Below, piece by piece: positions 36,253 through 36,711 of a stretch of DNA of 36,711 nucleotides; within the stretch, counting starts at the first letter, position 1, and every line of letters begins with the position of its first letter. A program made the position numbers and the translations under genes. The DNA is from Archangium sp. (GTDB lineage Bacteria; Myxococcota; Myxococcia; Myxococcales; Myxococcaceae), in NCBI GenBank assembly GCA_031367385.1, contig JANLPS010000100.1, forward strand, positions 1-36,711, given 5' to 3'. The notes beneath the pieces were generated by a model that searched no databases, had not been told where the DNA came from, and was given only the letters and a program-made list of their open reading frames with translations.

Positions 36253-36288
36253 CGAGTGATTCTAGCGCTGCTGGCACCATGCACGCCG

Positions 36289-36711
36289 TCACTTGGGTTG
36301 AGAATGCCGGTAACTGCCCAGGAGGCGCTCGCCCGCAGCGAGGCGCACCGCCTGGCCACCGATGCCCAACTCGAGGAGCGAACCGCGATGCATGTAAAGC
36401 GTCTCATCGCGGCTCGTGTCGGTGCTGATCACCAGCGCACGGTCGTGGCCGGCCTCGGCTTTCGGGGGCGATTTCTGCACGGCGAAAAAGCGAGTCACCG
36501 CCGCCGGGTCGTCACCACAGCTCGGCTCGACCACGCGCAACCCGTAAGCCTCAGCCGCTGCGGCGGGGCACAGCGCTGCCGTCGCGAGGTCGTCACCTTC
36601 GCGTACCAGACGGGCTGCTCCGGCGGTGTCATGCGCCTCGATCACCTGCCACCCGACGCGCTTCAAAAACCGCTGGCACTGCGCGGCCGCCATCGGGTGC
36701 GCCAAAATTCG
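36289..36711 (-). CDS. pheA: Prephenate/arogenate dehydratase, 3' fragment (5' end outside window)
   Basis: Frame is open to the window edge; 'AHPMAAAQC' (SHPQALAQC-like), 'DTAGAA', 'TRF' and terminal 'LLGSY'. Confidence 0.8.
   Translation of the reverse strand, partial: RILAHPMAAAQCQRFLKRVGWQVIEAHDTAGAARLVREGDDLATAALCPAAAAEAYGLRVVEPSCGDDPAAVTRFFAVQKSPPKAEAGHDRALVISTDTSRDETLYMHRGSLLELGIGGQAVRLAAGERLLGSYRHSQPK

Noticed and set aside
1..36711. CRISPR arrays, tRNA/rRNA genes, transposases or integrases
   Set aside because: No regularly spaced repeats, cloverleaf signatures or recombinase motifs were seen by eye. A tRNAscan/Infernal run would be needed to exclude small RNAs.

Overview
GC-rich, densely coding bacterial window. 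The gene content (split nuo cluster, PilZ, many D-A/G-G-rich lipoproteins, sigma-54 promoter, CAP and START proteins) suggests a Myxococcota genome; this is inference. About 35 CDSs are present. The left part encodes envelope and secreted proteins: a TonB-dependent receptor, a repeat lipoprotein, a polysaccharide deacetylase fused to a COG4648-like membrane domain, an M19-like amidohydrolase, a beta-barrel protein, EamA and a LysM-like orphan. The middle holds an uncharacterised coupled three-gene operon (DUF6620-like repeat protein plus two Zn-ribbon proteins), a TetR/Coq4-like divergon with a palindromic operator, and a coupled coiled-coil/metallophosphoesterase/CAP/SDR operon. The right part has nuoC-D-G-H-I coupled to ampG, PilZ, a PA2169-family protein, and an aromatic amino acid cluster (prephenate dehydratase, an inserted SMI1/KNR4 gene, an aminotransferase, and an ACT-DAHP synthase-chorismate mutase fusion). 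No rRNA, tRNA, CRISPR array or mobile element was recognised. The best candidate for an undescribed system is the operon at 13605-16077. Several genes appear to be leaderless, with TANNNT 6-8 nt before the start codon. All family assignments come from motif recognition by eye, not database searches.
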